Part shown: one piece after another, positions 25,001 to 39,964 of the stretch
Position numbering within the stretch: position 1 is the first letter of the stretch
Layout: each line of letters begins with the position of its first letter
NCBI GenBank assembly: GCA_028534125.1
Contig: CM052817.1
Span: forward strand, 31,622,001-31,686,000
Direction: 5' to 3'
Length of the DNA stretch: 64,000 nucleotides
DNA from: Lama glama
Lineage: Eukaryota
Position numbers and translations under genes: made by a program
Notes under the pieces: generated by a model
Told to the model about the DNA's origin: nothing
Seen by the model: the letters and a program-made list of their open reading frames with translations, nothing else
Databases searched by the model: none

Positions 25001-27899
25001 TAAAAAATATTTTAATGAAGTGGTGTTGTTTATGCTTTTAGCATGAGTTTGACATATAAGCTCTCTGAGACTAGCTACAATTACTCTTAAGCCTGTTTGT
25101 TTAAATCTAGAAATATTGGGTGAGTGCTTTCAGGATCTTGTGGGAGATTCTTAAATGTTGATCCCTGCTCATTAAGGCAGTTATCGTAGTCAAGCTTTAT
25201 GCAGGAATAAAATAAGAAATAGTCTAGGAAATACACAATGAATTGCTAAAAAGAGTGATAGGGACAAAAAGTACTGAGAGTGCTCAGAATTGGGAAGAAA
25301 ATAATAGTCTAAAGTAGTTGGGGCAGACTTTGAGAGGTGGCTTTTATGCTCTGACAACTGCTAGAGGCAGAAATATTTGTAACTCCCAATTAGAAAGGTT
25401 TGAATTACGGCGATACTCTTGAATATATGATGTCAAGCCTTTATTTTATTGTCAAGTGATACTAAATATTATTAGAACTGATTATAGAAGTGACAGTTTT
25501 TCATATTAGTGTGAAATCATGTGCTCTCAAAGGAATCCTAGGTATGTAGACACTTTAAAAGAAACCAGAATCATCTAAATATCATCACATGCTTCTTACA
25601 AGTGATGATTATAATGATGCTCTTAATAATAACGAGGATTAGCTGCACTCATCAGCCCATTTTAGATTATGTATTCTTAGAACACGTTGACTCCACTTGG
25701 AGAAGCTGATTAAGTCTTTGCTGCTTTGCTTTCTGAACATAGGGTTTGTTCAGGTAAAACAAGTCTTCTTAAATACTATGACCAGATGGTACCTGCTTAC
25801 TGCTTTGATCCTGGTTACTATATATCTTGATACTATAGATGTCCTGCACTTTTTCTGAGAAGATTTGTGTGAATTAAAAGTTTGATAAATCATATTTACA
25901 GTACTTTGGAGTATGTATTTGGAGTATAAGTTAAAAGGGGTGGTGGTAGGTGTTAGTGGTAGAGAAAGGAAGATTTAGAGAGTCAGTTTTTTTCTTAGCA
26001 AGCTAAAAATCTACTTTCTGTAACTTACACCATTTCTTTTTTCATCTAGAGGAATGTTTTCCCCCAAATGTAAACCACAAAATGCTAGTTCTGAAGATGG
26101 TTAGTAGATATTGTGGATCTGAGATCAAAATATATGGGAAAAACAGTTCAACAACAACAAAAATGTTTCTTTAATGCTGGATTTTTTTTGATACGATCGT
26201 ATATATTTAGTATGGTAAATCTGTAAGTGGTATAGTTTGTTCACTAAATTTATTTGCACTCCCAAGGAACTAGTATCTGTAGAGCACACCTAGAAAATAG
26301 TGTTGTTCTTAGAGCAGTGGCTTTCACAGCTTCTTTTTCCTGAACCCAGCTTCATGATAAGAAATACATTTTATATCATAACCTCGTACACAAATATATA
26401 TGAATAATTGAAACAAGAGTTTCACAAAACTGTACTTAGTACATGTGGTAAGCACTAATATTTTCTATTTTGTTCTGTTTCTTCAGGAAAAATAGCTGGT
26501 TACAACCTACTGAGCTGATTTGCTCACCCATTAATGGGTAATTCTCAGTTTGAAAAACGCTCTTCTAGTAACACCTCAGAAAAGTTTAGAGAAGAGAACT
26601 AACGTTATTGTGCATCACAATGTGTTAGGCTATGCCAGGCAACTTACAAACATTTTTACACTAAATTGCATTTAATTTTTATCCGTTTATGAAGTAGCAT
26701 TTTCTAGGTGAGGAAACTTGACCTTTCTAAGCATCAAATAACATGGTAAATGATAGCCAGGATTTGAATCCAGCTGTTTATGACATCATAGCTTATGCTG
26801 TTCCCACTAAATTTTCTTTCTCCAAGTATAATTCCTTTTCCACGTGAATAGCCCCTTACAATATTTGAATACTGTTATTGTGACCCTGCTGACTCCTCTC
26901 TATCACACATTCTGAGCATTCTCATCTCTTCTTCAGAGTAAAACAGTCCCAATTTATTTAGTCATTCCTTAGCGAATGTAATTCTCTGATCCTTCAATTG
27001 TGGTCATTTTTCTTTTAATGAATTTTAGTTGCTCTTCATCATTGACCATGATTCCCAGAATCATACTCAGCATTTTAGAATGCCATTTAGATGGTATTTG
27101 ATCAGACAATGTATGGTTGGATATATCTTCTTGAGCTAAATGCTATTATTTTAAAACTAAATACTTCATTCACAATTTTAACTTCTGTTACTTATGCTTA
27201 GTATTAGCCAGTAGTGTCAGTCATACTCCATATCCTTCATACATAGGTTAAATTAAGTCTTCCTAACCCTGGTTTTCTGTAACAAAATTTTTTTAGCCTA
27301 AATATTAGGCCTTTGTATTTCATTTTGTTAGTCTTGATTTAGGCATTTAATATTATCTATTCCTTCCAATTTTTTGGTAGGCATACCTACTGGGTCTTCA
27401 TTCAAGTTGATAAAAATATTAAAATGACAGAATAAAGAGCTCTGAAGCATACAGCTTGATTAGACTCCCTCCAGATTAACATTGTTAATCAACACACTGG
27501 TTTCTCAGCAACTATTATTTCTATGTATTATTATCAAGCCCATATGCCGTTTTGCCTGGCTGGATATTATGAAAGATTTTACCAAATGGCTTGCTATAAT
27601 TAAGCTATATGATGCCTACAGAGTTCTTACCTGCAGTGAAGTTAACTTATCAAAATAGAAACTAGTTAATATGGCTTGACTTGTTCATGATGAATCTTCT
27701 GACTTTTTCCTTTTCTAACTTTACATTTTGTTTAAGCTAGTTTTGAATTTTGTAAGGAATCAGCCTGGTCTGGAATTTCTAGACATTGCTAATTTTTCTC
27801 TTTAGAAATTATCATATTTCCTCTTAACCAGGCTTTTGACCCTGCCGTAAAACTTCAGATCAACAGATTTTGGGTCAGCAATAAGTTGGTGATTCATCA

Positions 27900-28960
27900 T
27901 GTGGTGGTGAGGTAGGGGTCCAAAGTCATTCTTTTTGCATGTGGGTATCCAGTTGTCCCTATACCATTTATTGAGAAGACTTTTCTGTTCCCATTAAATT
28001 GTTTTAGCACCCTTGTCAAAAAAATCAGTTGCCCATAAATGTAAGGGTCTATTCACAGACTGTCAATTCTATTCCGTTGATCTATGACTACCCTTATACC
28101 GGTACTACACAGTTGTGATTACTGTAGCTTTTTGGTAAGTTTTGTAATTGAAAGATGTGAGTTCTCCAGTTCTGTTTTTGTTTGTTTCAAGATTGTTTTG
28201 GCTATTCAAGGGCCCTTGTAATATGAATTTCAGAATCAGCTTGTAAATTTCAGCCAAAATAAAAAAAAAAAAGGCACCTGGAATTTTGATAGGGATTGTA
28301 TTCACTCTGTAGATCAATGGGGGATCTTAACTATTGAGATCTTAAGAATATTGATTTTTTTCAGTCCATGAACACTGAATGTCTTTCCATTCACTTAGGT
28401 CTTCTTTAATTTCTTTCAGTTGTGTTTTGTAATTTTCAGTGTGTAAGTCTTACATTTCATTTGTTAATTTTATTTTTAGTCCTTTTGTTTTTTGATGGCA
28501 CTATAAATAGAATTGTTATTCTTAATTTCATTTTTGGATTGTTCATTGCTGCTATATAAAAATACAGTTGATTTTTATATATTGATGTCGTTGTCTCCTA
28601 CAGTCTTACTTAAGTCATTTATCACCTGTAATAGTTTTTTTGGGGGGGATGTGGATTCCTTAGGATTTTTTATAAATAAGATCAAGTCATCTGCTAACAA
28701 GGGATAATTTTACCTTTTTTTTTTTTTTCCCGGTGGGGAGGTAAGTAGATTTATTTATTTACTTTTAGAGGAAGTACTGGGGATTGAACCCAGGACTTCC
28801 TGCATGCTGAGCATGTGCTCTACCACTTGAGCTATACCCTCCCCCAGTTTTACTTTTTTTCCAATCTGGATGCCTTTTATTTCATCTTCTTGCCTAATTA
28901 CCCTGGCTAGAATATCCAGTATCATGTTGGGTATAAGTGGTGAAGATGGACATCCTTCAA
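27900..28960 (-). mobile_element. L1 ORF2 fragment (post-RT region), decayed
   Basis: Minus-strand ORF 28105-28317 MIYRVNTIPIKIP..FF..EIYKLILKFI..P resembles L1 ORF2p; interrupted by a SINE. Confidence 0.85.
28735..28845 (-). mobile_element. tRNA-derived SINE (Vic-1-like) nested in L1
   Basis: Same consensus with a poly-T tail at ~28715-28728; the L1 sequence resumes on both sides. Confidence 0.88.
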
Positions 28961-28999
28961 TGTGGATTTTATTGCTCTTTTATTTATTTAAAAAAATTT

Positions 29000-29136
29000 G
29001 GGGGGAGGAGGTAATTAGGTTTTTACATTTATTTGTTTGTTTGTTTGTTTGTTTATGTTGAGGTACTGAGGATTGAATCCAGGACCTCATGCATGCTAAG
29101 CTTACACTCTACCACTGAAATATACCCTCTCCCCCA
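29000..29136 (-). mobile_element. tRNA-derived SINE (Vic-1-like)
   Basis: Same consensus with a (TTTG)n-expanded tail. Confidence 0.85.
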
Positions 29137-29589
29137 CTCTTTTATTTTTAATAATCACTAACAATAATTTATTGCATTAACATTTGACAGATACTATGCT
29201 AAACATCTTATACACAGTATTCCATCTTCTTAGTAACCCAATATAGTCAGACTATTGCCCTTATTTTAAAGATGAGGAAATTAAAGCTTAGGTTAAATAA
29301 TTTGCTTATAGTCACACAAGTATATGGCCTAGCTAGGATTGGAACCCAGTTAGTCTGACTATATTGAAAGTTTTTCAACCCTTACCTAATTCTAATTAAC
29401 TGTATTTTGTATATTATTCTTCATAGATTTACACTGTTATTCACCTTTGGCTATTAGATTCTGTCTTTTGATCATTTGTCTTTAACAGCTTGAGCCCTAT
29501 GTGTATTTTTATTAATTTCTTTATCTGAGGGCCTTTTTTTGTACTCATTATTCATGTGCTCACTCGGCCTTTGGAGGCCCTGGAAGTCA

Positions 29590-29830
29590 GATTGTAGCTT
29601 AGAGCCATGACTCTGGAACTAGATAGCCTGAGTTGAAATCCCTGCTCTTACCCTTGTCAACTGTGCAACCTTGTCAACCACTTACTCTCTGTGCTTGAAA
29701 CTCATTATCTGTAAAATAGCGTTAATTATTGTATCAACCATATAGAATTAAATGTAATATATTAAAGTGTTTTAGAACAGTTCCTGGTACAAATTGAATA
29801 TATAAGTGTTCATTTTCAACACTGTTATAG
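29590..29830 (+). mobile_element. MIR
   Basis: actctggaactagatagcctgagttgaaatcc...ctcattatctgtaaaatag. Confidence 0.7.
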
Positions 29831-30199
29831 TCATCACCATTTTATTTTAGTTCTAGACTGGCCTATTTTTGCAGTGAACTTTAAAAAAGAAACTATTTGG
29901 AAAATTTCAAGCGTACAAAAGTAGAGTGAACAATAAAATGAACCTCCATTTATTACCCATGTTTAACACTTACCAACTCATGCCATTCTTGTTTCATCTA
30001 TACCATTCATACCTCAACCCCCTGGGCTATTTTGAAGCAAATTCCATCTCAAGCATCATATCGTTTAATTACTAAATATTGTAGTAGAAGATAAGGACTC
30101 TTCAAATATAACTACAATACCAGTTTAGCCCTTTCTCATTAAAAATAATTCTTTAATATCATCAAATGTACTCTAAATGTTTTTAGATCAGATTTTCTT

Positions 30200-30420
30200 T
30201 TTTTTAAACTTTTTTTATTGAGTTATAGTCATTTTACAATGTTGTGTCAAATTCCAGTGTAGAGCAGAATTTTACAGTTATACATGAATGTACATACATT
30301 CATTGTCACATTCGCTTTTGCTGTGAGCCACCACAAGATCCTGTATATATTTCCCTGTGCTACACAGTACAATCTTGTTTATCTATTCTACATTTTGAAA
30401 TCCCAGTCCCTTTCCACCCC
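30200..30420 (-). mobile_element. Younger L1 3' end fragment
   Basis: Poly-T followed by attgagttatagtcattttacaatgttgtgtcaaattccagtgta; similar to the reverse complement of the 3' end of the L1 at 53068-53655. Confidence 0.7.
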
Positions 30421-30470
30421 ACAAAGAGTTTAAGTTTATGATCTTCTCATCATTTAATTAATTTTTTTTT

Positions 30471-30591
30471 TGGAGGGTGAGTAATTAGGTTTATCTTGTT
30501 TATTTATTGTTAATGGCAGTACTGGGGATTGAACCCAGGACCTTGTGCGTGCTAGGCACACACTCTACCACTGAGCTATGCCCTCTCCCCC
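30471..30591 (-). mobile_element. tRNA-derived SINE (Vic-1-like)
   Basis: Same consensus: gtactggggattgaacccaggaccttgtgcgtgctaggcacacactctaccactgagctatgccctctcccc. Confidence 0.88.
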
Positions 30592-32596
30592 AGATTTTCT
30601 AGAAATTAGTTTGCACATCTATGTTTAGAATTTTCTTTTTATTTTGTTATAAACGCCAAGATGAAATGACCTCTTTCTTCTAGTATTTTGATTGTTTTGA
30701 TATTCTCAGTTAATTTGTTGGTGATGGTTGGAACAGGTCCAGTTCCTATTTCTTTCCCAGCCTTTTGAGAAAATTAATTGTTGAGGCAAATCAGGAATTT
30801 CTTAGGTGTTCTGTATGCAGGGTGAGGTTTTGAGCAGATGTCGAAATACTTGAAGTGGTCCCATATCACTCTTTGTGCTAGAATTGAAATTTGTATTAGG
30901 TAAGTAACATCATTTATATCTTCCTTTGGCCTGTAATCAGCTCAGTAATCAGTAATATCATCCTGATTTTTACATTTACAGTTACTTAACATTTTTAGTT
31001 TTAGTACTTGTACTTTCAGGCTCTCGTGTTTTTGTAAAAAAAAATTAAGTCTAATTTTCCGTAAGTCCACATTTTCTTCATTAAATTTACCTAAAACAAG
31101 TATACTTTTACTGAGGAAAGAAACAGTGTTGGGGTTGGGTCTCAAAGAAAGGACCCCTTTTTAATGGTTTTTATTAGACTTTCTCAAGAGCCTCATACAA
31201 AAGAATGAACAAGTGCATTTAATACATAAAAATCTTTATGTTACTATTTAAAATATTCATTGTTGAGGGGGAGGGTGAGGAACTGACTTAACCATCTCCC
31301 TAAGTTTCCAGATTGTTTCCTTCATTCCTACTGTGAATTGTGCTAATTGAAAAGGAATTTACATGTGGGCAAAAGGGAGGCAAAAGTATGTGTGAAATAC
31401 TTTCTAAATGAGTTTTAGACTGTTTATTCATCTACTGTGCTGCACTGTTGTAGATGAGAGTTTAGTATTGCATATATATGCATAAAGACTGTGTTATCTG
31501 ATCAGTATTTGTTAGTGAAAATTGTTTGTCAGTATCCAGAAGTTTGTTGCTTTCTTATTTTTTCCCTTTTTCTTTGAGAGATTCATTATTGCTGACATAA
31601 CCCCCGTATATCTGTAGAAGTGACAACAGATTGAGAATAAAGATGTTAAGAGAAAATAGGTATCAGCTGTTAGGCTCTCTGTGGGGCCCTTAGGAACTTT
31701 TGCAGAACTTAAAATCATAGCAAATAAAATTAGAAATGGTCTTTGAGATCATGTGATCATACCTTTTGTTTTTAAGCTGCTTAATATTCAAGCTGGCCAA
31801 GGCAAATGATTATTTCTTCTGTTTTTAAAATTTTTTGAGATTGGAAATCTGGTAAATTCCTCATATCCTGTTAAATCCATTCTACTTTAAATCAGTTTTC
31901 TTTCCAGTTTATGAAGACAGTTTAAACTCAGACTGACTTTTCATCTCTGAGTCAGATATAGGTATGTGGTTTTCACTTACTGTATTTTTTCATTCATAGC
32001 CCTCCATTTCTGAGAATGGACTTATTAGCTGACCTCTTTGTTTTATGCATGTTTTTTGTAGGGGGCCATTGGTACAATTTACCTGTAATTTAATATGATA
32101 AGCTTAGGTTAATAAAGCAATTTAATATGTATAATTATCACCACTTACAGTTTGGCAATCATTCACTGATTAACATCTCCTGAAGTTTTGTTTTCTAGGC
32201 TCTTCTGTACCAAGGAGATGTTACTTTAATGTGGTTTGTGTGTGTGTTTTAAATGAATCAGAAGTTGTACATATAGATGAGCGTTTTATTCCCTTCTTAG
32301 CAGTGGTTTTTCAGTGATTCTAACGTGGCTTTACATTTTTTTTCTTTAATAGAACAAATACTTAGAGCCCCTTTATGTGAGCAGTACAATGTTGTGAACA
32401 TCTAGAGACATGATACTGCATTTTCTTGCTTTCTTAAAAAATGGAATTGAGCTAAAGAAGGCCACATGATTGATAAAATATATTAGTCATTCTCATTTGA
32501 GCATATTCTATATACCAAGTATTGCATAAGGCATTTTATGCATGTTAAATCATTTAATCTGCAGTTTTGAGTTGTAGTTATTGTTATCCCCATTTT

Positions 32597-32946
32597 TAAA
32601 AATTGGGGTAAAATATACAAAATAAAATTTACCATTGTAACCATTTTTAAATTTATGGTTCAGTGGCATATTAGGTACATTTATATTGTTGCTCAGTCAT
32701 CACCACCATCCATCTCTAGAACCTTTTATCTTTACAAAGTGAAACGCTGTATAAACAGTAACTCCTCATTCCCCTCTTCTCTCTGCTCCCAGTGCCTGGT
32801 AACGACCATTTTACTTTCTGTGTCTGTGAATTTGACTCTTCTGGGTACCTCATATAAGTGGAATCATATAGTATTTGCCTTTAGTGTCTGGAGTATTTCA
32901 TTTATTGTTGTGTCTTCAGAGTTCATCTGTGTTGTAGTAGGTGTCA
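32597..32946 (-). mobile_element. L1 3' end inserted into a MIR, with a 15-bp TSD
   Basis: TSD tgttatccccatttt at 32582-32596 and 32947-32961; the MIR core continues as acaggtaaggaaact. Confidence 0.8.
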
Positions 32947-35900
32947 TGTTATCCCCATTTTACAGGTAAGGAAACTAAATGCAAAGTCACGTAGCTAATG
33001 TAATGCATTAAGATTCAGACCAAGCCTGATAAAAAAATTGATCTTGATTTATTTAACCTGTATATAGATTGATTTTTTTTTAGACTTACTCTGTATAACT
33101 CTGGAGATCATTACTAGGACAATAGGTATACACTGGAGGTAGGGAAATATTTAATATAAGGAAGAATTTTCCAATAGAGCTATTCCTAGATGGTATGGAC
33201 TACCCCTTTAGAAAGTGTTGTAAGTAACCTTCAGCAGTAAAGACTACTGGATGGTCCTGTGGCAAGGGATGTTACAAAGACATAAAAAGTTGAATTGATT
33301 ATTTCTATGTATTCTTTTAAACTCAGTGTTTTTCTGGTTAAAATATTATAATCTATTTGGGAGCATAAGATACCTTCAAGACAAAGTGCCAAGCTTAAAT
33401 GGGGGAGAGATCTTTAGCAATGTAAGCATCATGGATTTATTTTCACTAAATCTATGGCACATTTCTCTGAATATCCTCAGTAATGGCAGATTTGTTTCCT
33501 CTTGAGGGTTGGTTTGAGTTTTGAAAAACTGTTTAAAGTCATTATTATGCCTAGAGAGTAAAAATGGGTTAGCAGCAGTCCAACTCCAATTCACCTTTTT
33601 TTGTAGATTTACTTGCTATTGTCAGAATACTTCATGGACATTCATGCTTATTACTAACTTTTATTGTTCGTTCTGGATAGAGTACTTTTTTTCTCTCCAT
33701 GAAATTCTTAATCTCCCACTGGGTTTAATTCCTCTTCAGTGTTACCTATCACTGTTTATGTATCTTTTTAGAGTATATGTAATACTACAAACCTTGTACT
33801 TTGGTCTGTCTAGTGTAGATTGTGAGCATTTTAAGCTGAGGGACAGTATCATATTCATCTTTATTGTCTGAACAGGCTTTCAGTATCTTGTGTGTAGTAG
33901 GAGTTAAGTTACATGAAATTAAATTGAATCAATCTGATTGTCAAAGATGTATGTTGAAATGAAGCTGTAAAATAATGAGACCAAATTTCTTGCATGACTT
34001 GTATGATCCATATACTAGTTATAAATGAGGAGTTTCACACATACTCTGCATAATGGCAGTATTTAAACTATACTCTCCCATTAAAGAAGAAAATACTATC
34101 TGCAGTGTCTGATGTTAAAAATCAGTTTTAAAATTAAAATAGTGATATCTCTCTTTGATAGGTTAACAGTTGCACCTTTTTTTAAACTTTGTACTTTTTG
34201 TGATTTCTAAATTTTCTGTCATGAACACGTTACTTTTGTAATTAAAAAAAAATCCTACTGATTTAAATCCGTTTTGTTACTCTGGTCGCATAGGGTAGGG
34301 GTCCTAATACAACATGATATGTTAAAAAGCATTGATGTTTTCCTTGTTACTTAGTAGTAGTAAGAATATGTATCACAGATGAAGAAATGTTGGTTCCAGT
34401 AAGTTTAGACATGTGTTTTTGGTAGAACCTGAGCCCAAGTCCGCTGATGTGCATGATCTTATCTATTATTCTTGTCTTTTAACTTTGCATCTTAAAAATG
34501 AAATTTCTCAAGTGTAAATATTAACAAGTTTGCCTAAACAAGTTTATCAGATTTACCTAAAATATGTAGTCTGTTTTTGTTAAGGGGAAGAAACCCAAGC
34601 TCTTTTGTTTTCTGGGAATATCAGATAAGGAACCCCAAAGCTTATATAGTTCACATTCCGTGAGCCTTCTGGGTCTCTGATGTTACTGCTGTCCTCAGTC
34701 CCATTTTTGGGATTACCCTGCATGCAAATCCCCACGCCAGACTTTCCTGGGTTCCTGGCTGGTGCTGATGCTTTGGTAAGCCAAAAGGGCTCCTTCCCTT
34801 CTTCACTTATACAGGTCGCTGCCTCCTTGCCCTTCTGCTAGGAACGTATCTATTACTATATCTGTAAATTAGTTTAATTTTGACATTATTTTTTAAAGAG
34901 ACATTTTGAGTAGTAAATAGCACTAAGTAGTGTCTTAGTATAAATGGATTGAGTTACGATAATGTACCGTTCCTTTATAGTAATGACTTGCACTAGCCAA
35001 AGCACACTGCTTGTTGACTCCTGTTGAGATAGTTTAGTAGCAGAAATGAACATGTAAAGGTTTTAAGGCTTTCAGTAATGTAAATTCTTATTTTGCATGT
35101 TCTGTTTACTCATAATCATGTCCTCTGGGATCTTTCTTTTGGGAATCTAAGTTATGGAGGAAATGGACACTTTTAGGAAAACACTAGCTTGTTTAAGAGG
35201 AAGACAAAAAATGCAAAACATACTGTTTGCTTTGATCTTGGAAAAGTTTCAAATTCTTCAATAAAATTGAAAGTTCTTAGATTGTTAAAGGACTATAGAG
35301 AGGAAAAGAAAAAGTGATTATATCTCCTTGAAATGTGAAAAATAATAGAAGCAAGATAATGCAATACCATAATATCCAATATGAAATTTATGAAAATATT
35401 TGGGAAGAAGAAGAGGGAGGTAGTGTTTAGTTAAAAATTAGAGGTTTAGAATTCATGAGGATGAATCAGACCATCTTCCCACTTCTACAGTTTACTAGAA
35501 GGAAATACCTCCCACCCACAGCCCTCTACTACTCCACTCAAGAGCTTCTGCTCATCTGCCTGTGAGAGAGTCACAAAGTACCCAACCTTGTATGGCTGTT
35601 AAGGGTTGTTTTGTTTGAAAGTGTGAATAAGAAGCAGGGATGGGCCAGACTAAGTCTGCAAATGACCTGTGAGTCTGATAAACTTGAGGAATGGAATTTA
35701 ATAGATGCTATCAATTTAGTGAGAAGGTTTTTAATTGTATGCATTTAGTGCCTAATTAGTAATGTATTTTATAATTATAGAGATTATGCTGTATGTCTAT
35801 TAATAACTAGTAGATATAGAAAGAGTACTTTAATTTAGTAATTTTAGGATATTAGTATCTTTTGAGTAAGCTCTCTAATTTCCCCTCTAGGAGGGAGATA

Positions 35901-38743
35901 ATGGGTTTTGTGTTGACTTGTCATAGTGAAACTCTTGTTTGCCATTGAGTTATTTTTAGCTAGGGCTGATCTGGAGAGGATTAAAAAACAAAATCCAAAA
36001 AACAGATGAGTCTAGAAACCTGAATCTAGAGGTTTGGAACTTGATGAGCAGGCAGTGTAGGTTTCAGTGATAGTACAGCCCGAGAGAACTGAGAGAGCTA
36101 ACAACCAGCACTATGTAATGTATAATCATTTAGTTCTGTCTTAATTTGTCTTTGAATTCCTGTCTAGCACCATACCTGGCCAGTGATAGCTGCTACATAA
36201 ATATTTGTTTAAATGACTGAATACAGCTTGATACTAAGCCTCCAGTGCTTTAGAGTTTAGCTTGGAGACAGAATGAACACAGAAATTGGTTCTCTCTGAA
36301 ACCAGTAATGAGAGTTCATAGAAGAAAGATTTATATGGACTTGAATGTGAGAGCTGGGACTTAAGATTTAGGTACAGGTGGAAAGGTATTTCTTGCTGTT
36401 TTGTCACAATCAAAAAGTACAGGGAGAAGAATGAGTGCTTAATTTGACTAGGGTATAAAGAGGAGCCTGTGAAGATAAAAGTTTGTTGGGGAACAAGTGA
36501 GAAAGTTGAATCACTGGGTTCGAAGACTATACTGTGGGATGACTTATGAAATCTAGGAGGAGATTTTTGATTGCTGGAATATTCTTAACAAAATGGTGTT
36601 TTAGAAAGGTTGATGTGGCAGTAGTATGGAGGTGGGAACAGAAGGCATAGCTACCTTTGTGGCCTAGAAAACTGAGCCTCTGAGTTTTACCAGTCTCTTG
36701 TATCCAGAACACATAGCAAAACTGGAATTCGAACCCAAATTATTGAGTTCATAGTGATAGTCTTTCCATTTCATCCCAACCACTTTAATTGATTGCATGA
36801 TAACCATCATATCTAGCCAAATGATTAAAAATCAGATTTGTTTAGTTCCTCTTATAAAACATCTTCATTGTTTAAAAATATCCTTCTGATCTTATTAACT
36901 TTCTTATTTGAGGGTATTGACATTTTGGGCCAGATAATTCTTTGTTGTGGGGACTGTCCTGTGTATTGTAGGATGTCTAGCAACATCCCTGGCCAAATAA
37001 AAATGTCACATTGCCAGATGTTTCCTGGGGGACAAAATCACCCCAAGAATTGCCTTAAAGCATACTTACGGTATGGTGTCTACTTAACCAGAAATATTTA
37101 GTGCTGTATTTCAGGAATAAGTATCTTATTCTAGTAACATTGCTCCATTTGCATTTCTAAGTCATAAAATAGTAATATTTTGAAAATGAGAGAAAACTAA
37201 AGTGGTTGTATTTTTTTTTGTTTTTCTGTTTTTTGTTTTTTGTTTTATACAAACCCAGACACTGTTTGAGAGTCAAGGGAGTGCTGCAATGCCAAACAAC
37301 AGGTTTAAATGAGAACTTCCCTGGGCAAACTGGGATGAATGGTTACCCTAGAAGTAATCATCAAATATTTATTGAATATCTGCTATGAGTAGAGCACTAT
37401 GTTAAGATGATAAGGAGTAGCTGTAAGTACTGTGGCAATTGGAAAGCCTCATGAAAAAGGAAGGTCTTGAATTGGTCTTGAAGTATGGCTTGGGTTAGAC
37501 AAGGAAAATGGAAAGGAAATTATTTTTCCCCCACGATAAAAAGAGCTATAATCAAAGGTGTCTGTAGTTTAACTGTCTATGCATGAAGTAAACATTTGTT
37601 TGGCTGGTTTGGCCCAACAAGAGGATTTTTGTTTTTACTGGAGTACTTGAGAGAGAAGATCAAAGGACGTGGTTTTGAATTGGATAACACAGGATCTTGA
37701 ATATTAGGCTGGGAACTATATCCAGTGGGAAAGTTTTTGAGCTCTAAAACAATGTTTATTCTGACCTGTGTTTTAGAGAGTTTAAGTGGTAGAGGATAGA
37801 GGATAGACTGAAAGGTTGAAAATCAGGTAGGTATGGGGAAACCTGTTTAAAGAATCAGTAGGTTGTGTTGATTGAATATATGAAGAGAGAAAACAGAGTT
37901 AGTATAAAATGTTTTCATTTGTTGACTGGAAAAAATAATGGTGCCATTTTAAGTTTGTTTGGGGATATTTGATTTTGAGAGGATGTCTATAGTAAGCACA
38001 GCTCCGTGACTGACACCCAAGAGAAAGACTAGGACTAAAACTATTAGAACATCTTGTATGTTCAAACAGTAATGGTTGGTTATGATGAAACAAAAAAAAA
38101 GACTTATTCAAATTTAAAAAATATGAATAAACTATGTAGTAGGAGCAAATACATAGTTGTATCTTGTGAGACAGCAGTTGATAAAATAGCAAAAATCATA
38201 TGATATAGAAAGTATGTGAAGAGCTTATTTGTTCCACTTATAATGTGTATCTTCAGACCCTCATGTCATCACTTCTAGCTTTGGTAATGCAACTTTAGTA
38301 AGTGTTACGGAAAAAACTAATAGGAAAGAGAAGAAAGTTAAGGGACTGGAAAATAGATTAAATTAAGCCTCTTAAAGACACTGGATGATTTCATTACTGT
38401 CACTTGGGAGAGATCCTGGTTAGTTGTCATGGGTATTTTGAAGAAACAAATAGAGTAGAAATGGATATGGATTAAAATAAGAAAAATTTAGTTCTTCTTG
38501 TCTTACAACTGGGGTAACCAAATGCTATAGTCAAGAATAACTTTAAAATTTCCGTGAGTATAATTTTTCAGGAAAAAGTACAGTGCTTTGTTGTGAATTC
38601 TTTATAGTTATTTTCTTCATTCATTCTGTGATATGGTGTTCCTTTTCTGTTATGTGCCAGGCAGTTTTCTTTGGGGGTGAGGATGGGGCATAAGACATGA
38701 TATGAAATATTCTTGTTCCTGCCCCTGAGGTGCTTGGAGTTCT

Positions 38744-39061
38744 ACATAAGAGAGAGTGAAATAATTACATATTAATTGTATACACACACAACAACTACAG
38801 ATTCTAACAGTGGAGCCTAGATTGGTTTTCTCTCCAGGACAATACCGAATTGTCCAAATTATCTAAAAATACTTTCCCCCATGCCCCCAAATGTATTTTA
38901 TAACATAAGAGAGAGTGAAATAATTACATATTAATTGTATACACACACAACAACTACAGATTCTAACAGTGGAGCCTAGATTGGTTTTCTCTCCAGGACA
39001 ATACCGAATTGTCCAAATTATCTAAAAATACTTTCCCCCATGCCCCCAAATGTATTTTATA
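38744..39061. repeat. Perfect 159-bp tandem duplication (2 copies)
   Basis: 38744-38902 and 38903-39061 read identically (acataagagagagtg...aatgtattttata). Confidence 0.95.
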
Positions 39062-39935
39062 CAGTCTAACTATCTCAGTATATAGTACACTTTAATAATA
39101 AGGAATTCACATACCTGTTCTTACGTTTCTTTCCATATAACTGAAAAGAAAAATAGAAGAGACTGTCTGGACTGGTCTTAATATTAACTTCAGTTCCATA
39201 AGCTGAGTATAGTGTATTATTCTCTCTTCCTACTCTGGCATGTAACACAAAGATAACACCAAATTTTCTTTAGCACTTCAATTACCTGATATTTTAGGTT
39301 AGCCTATTGTTGAGGTTAAATACCTGTATTGAGTATGTGTGTATTTAAATATAAGTGTTTAGATTTCTTCTGTTCTTACTGGGTTCATATTTTCACATAG
39401 TGGACAAAATATTTTAATTCTATAAAAATCCAGGAAACTAATTTCAGAACCTTTCAGAATACTGCAAATAGAAAATTCTCTGGGAGGACAGTTAATAATT
39501 AATTGATAAACCTTTGTTACCAGTGTTTAGTGGATTCTAACTTCATGCTTTCGCATCTTTTCTCAAGTATTTTTACAGAAATCTCAACACTAAGAAATAT
39601 ACATATTAATTTTAAAAACCTAAGCTTAGTTGAAAAAACATTAAGTCAGTATGCATTATTATTATTTGGGATTTGAAGGATATATTTGCTAAATGTTACG
39701 GCTTTTTTAGCCATAAGAACCATGGTTTCTATAGCTAAGATCCTTTTTAAGGCATTTCACAGATAAAGTTAGCCATTAACAAGCAAGATACTCTAAGAGA
39801 ATTAGTATTGAATGCATACACATATTTCATATAATACATGTTTTTGTATGTGTATATACCTGTGTGTGTGTCTGAGATACAGATACAGAATGACGGATAC
39901 AGAAATGAAAATGGGAAGCATAAAGTGAGATACAG

Positions 39936-39964
39936 ACACACGCACACACACACACACACACACA
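39936..39964. repeat. (CA)n microsatellite with one interruption
   Basis: acacacgcacacacacacacacacacaca. Confidence 0.9.
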
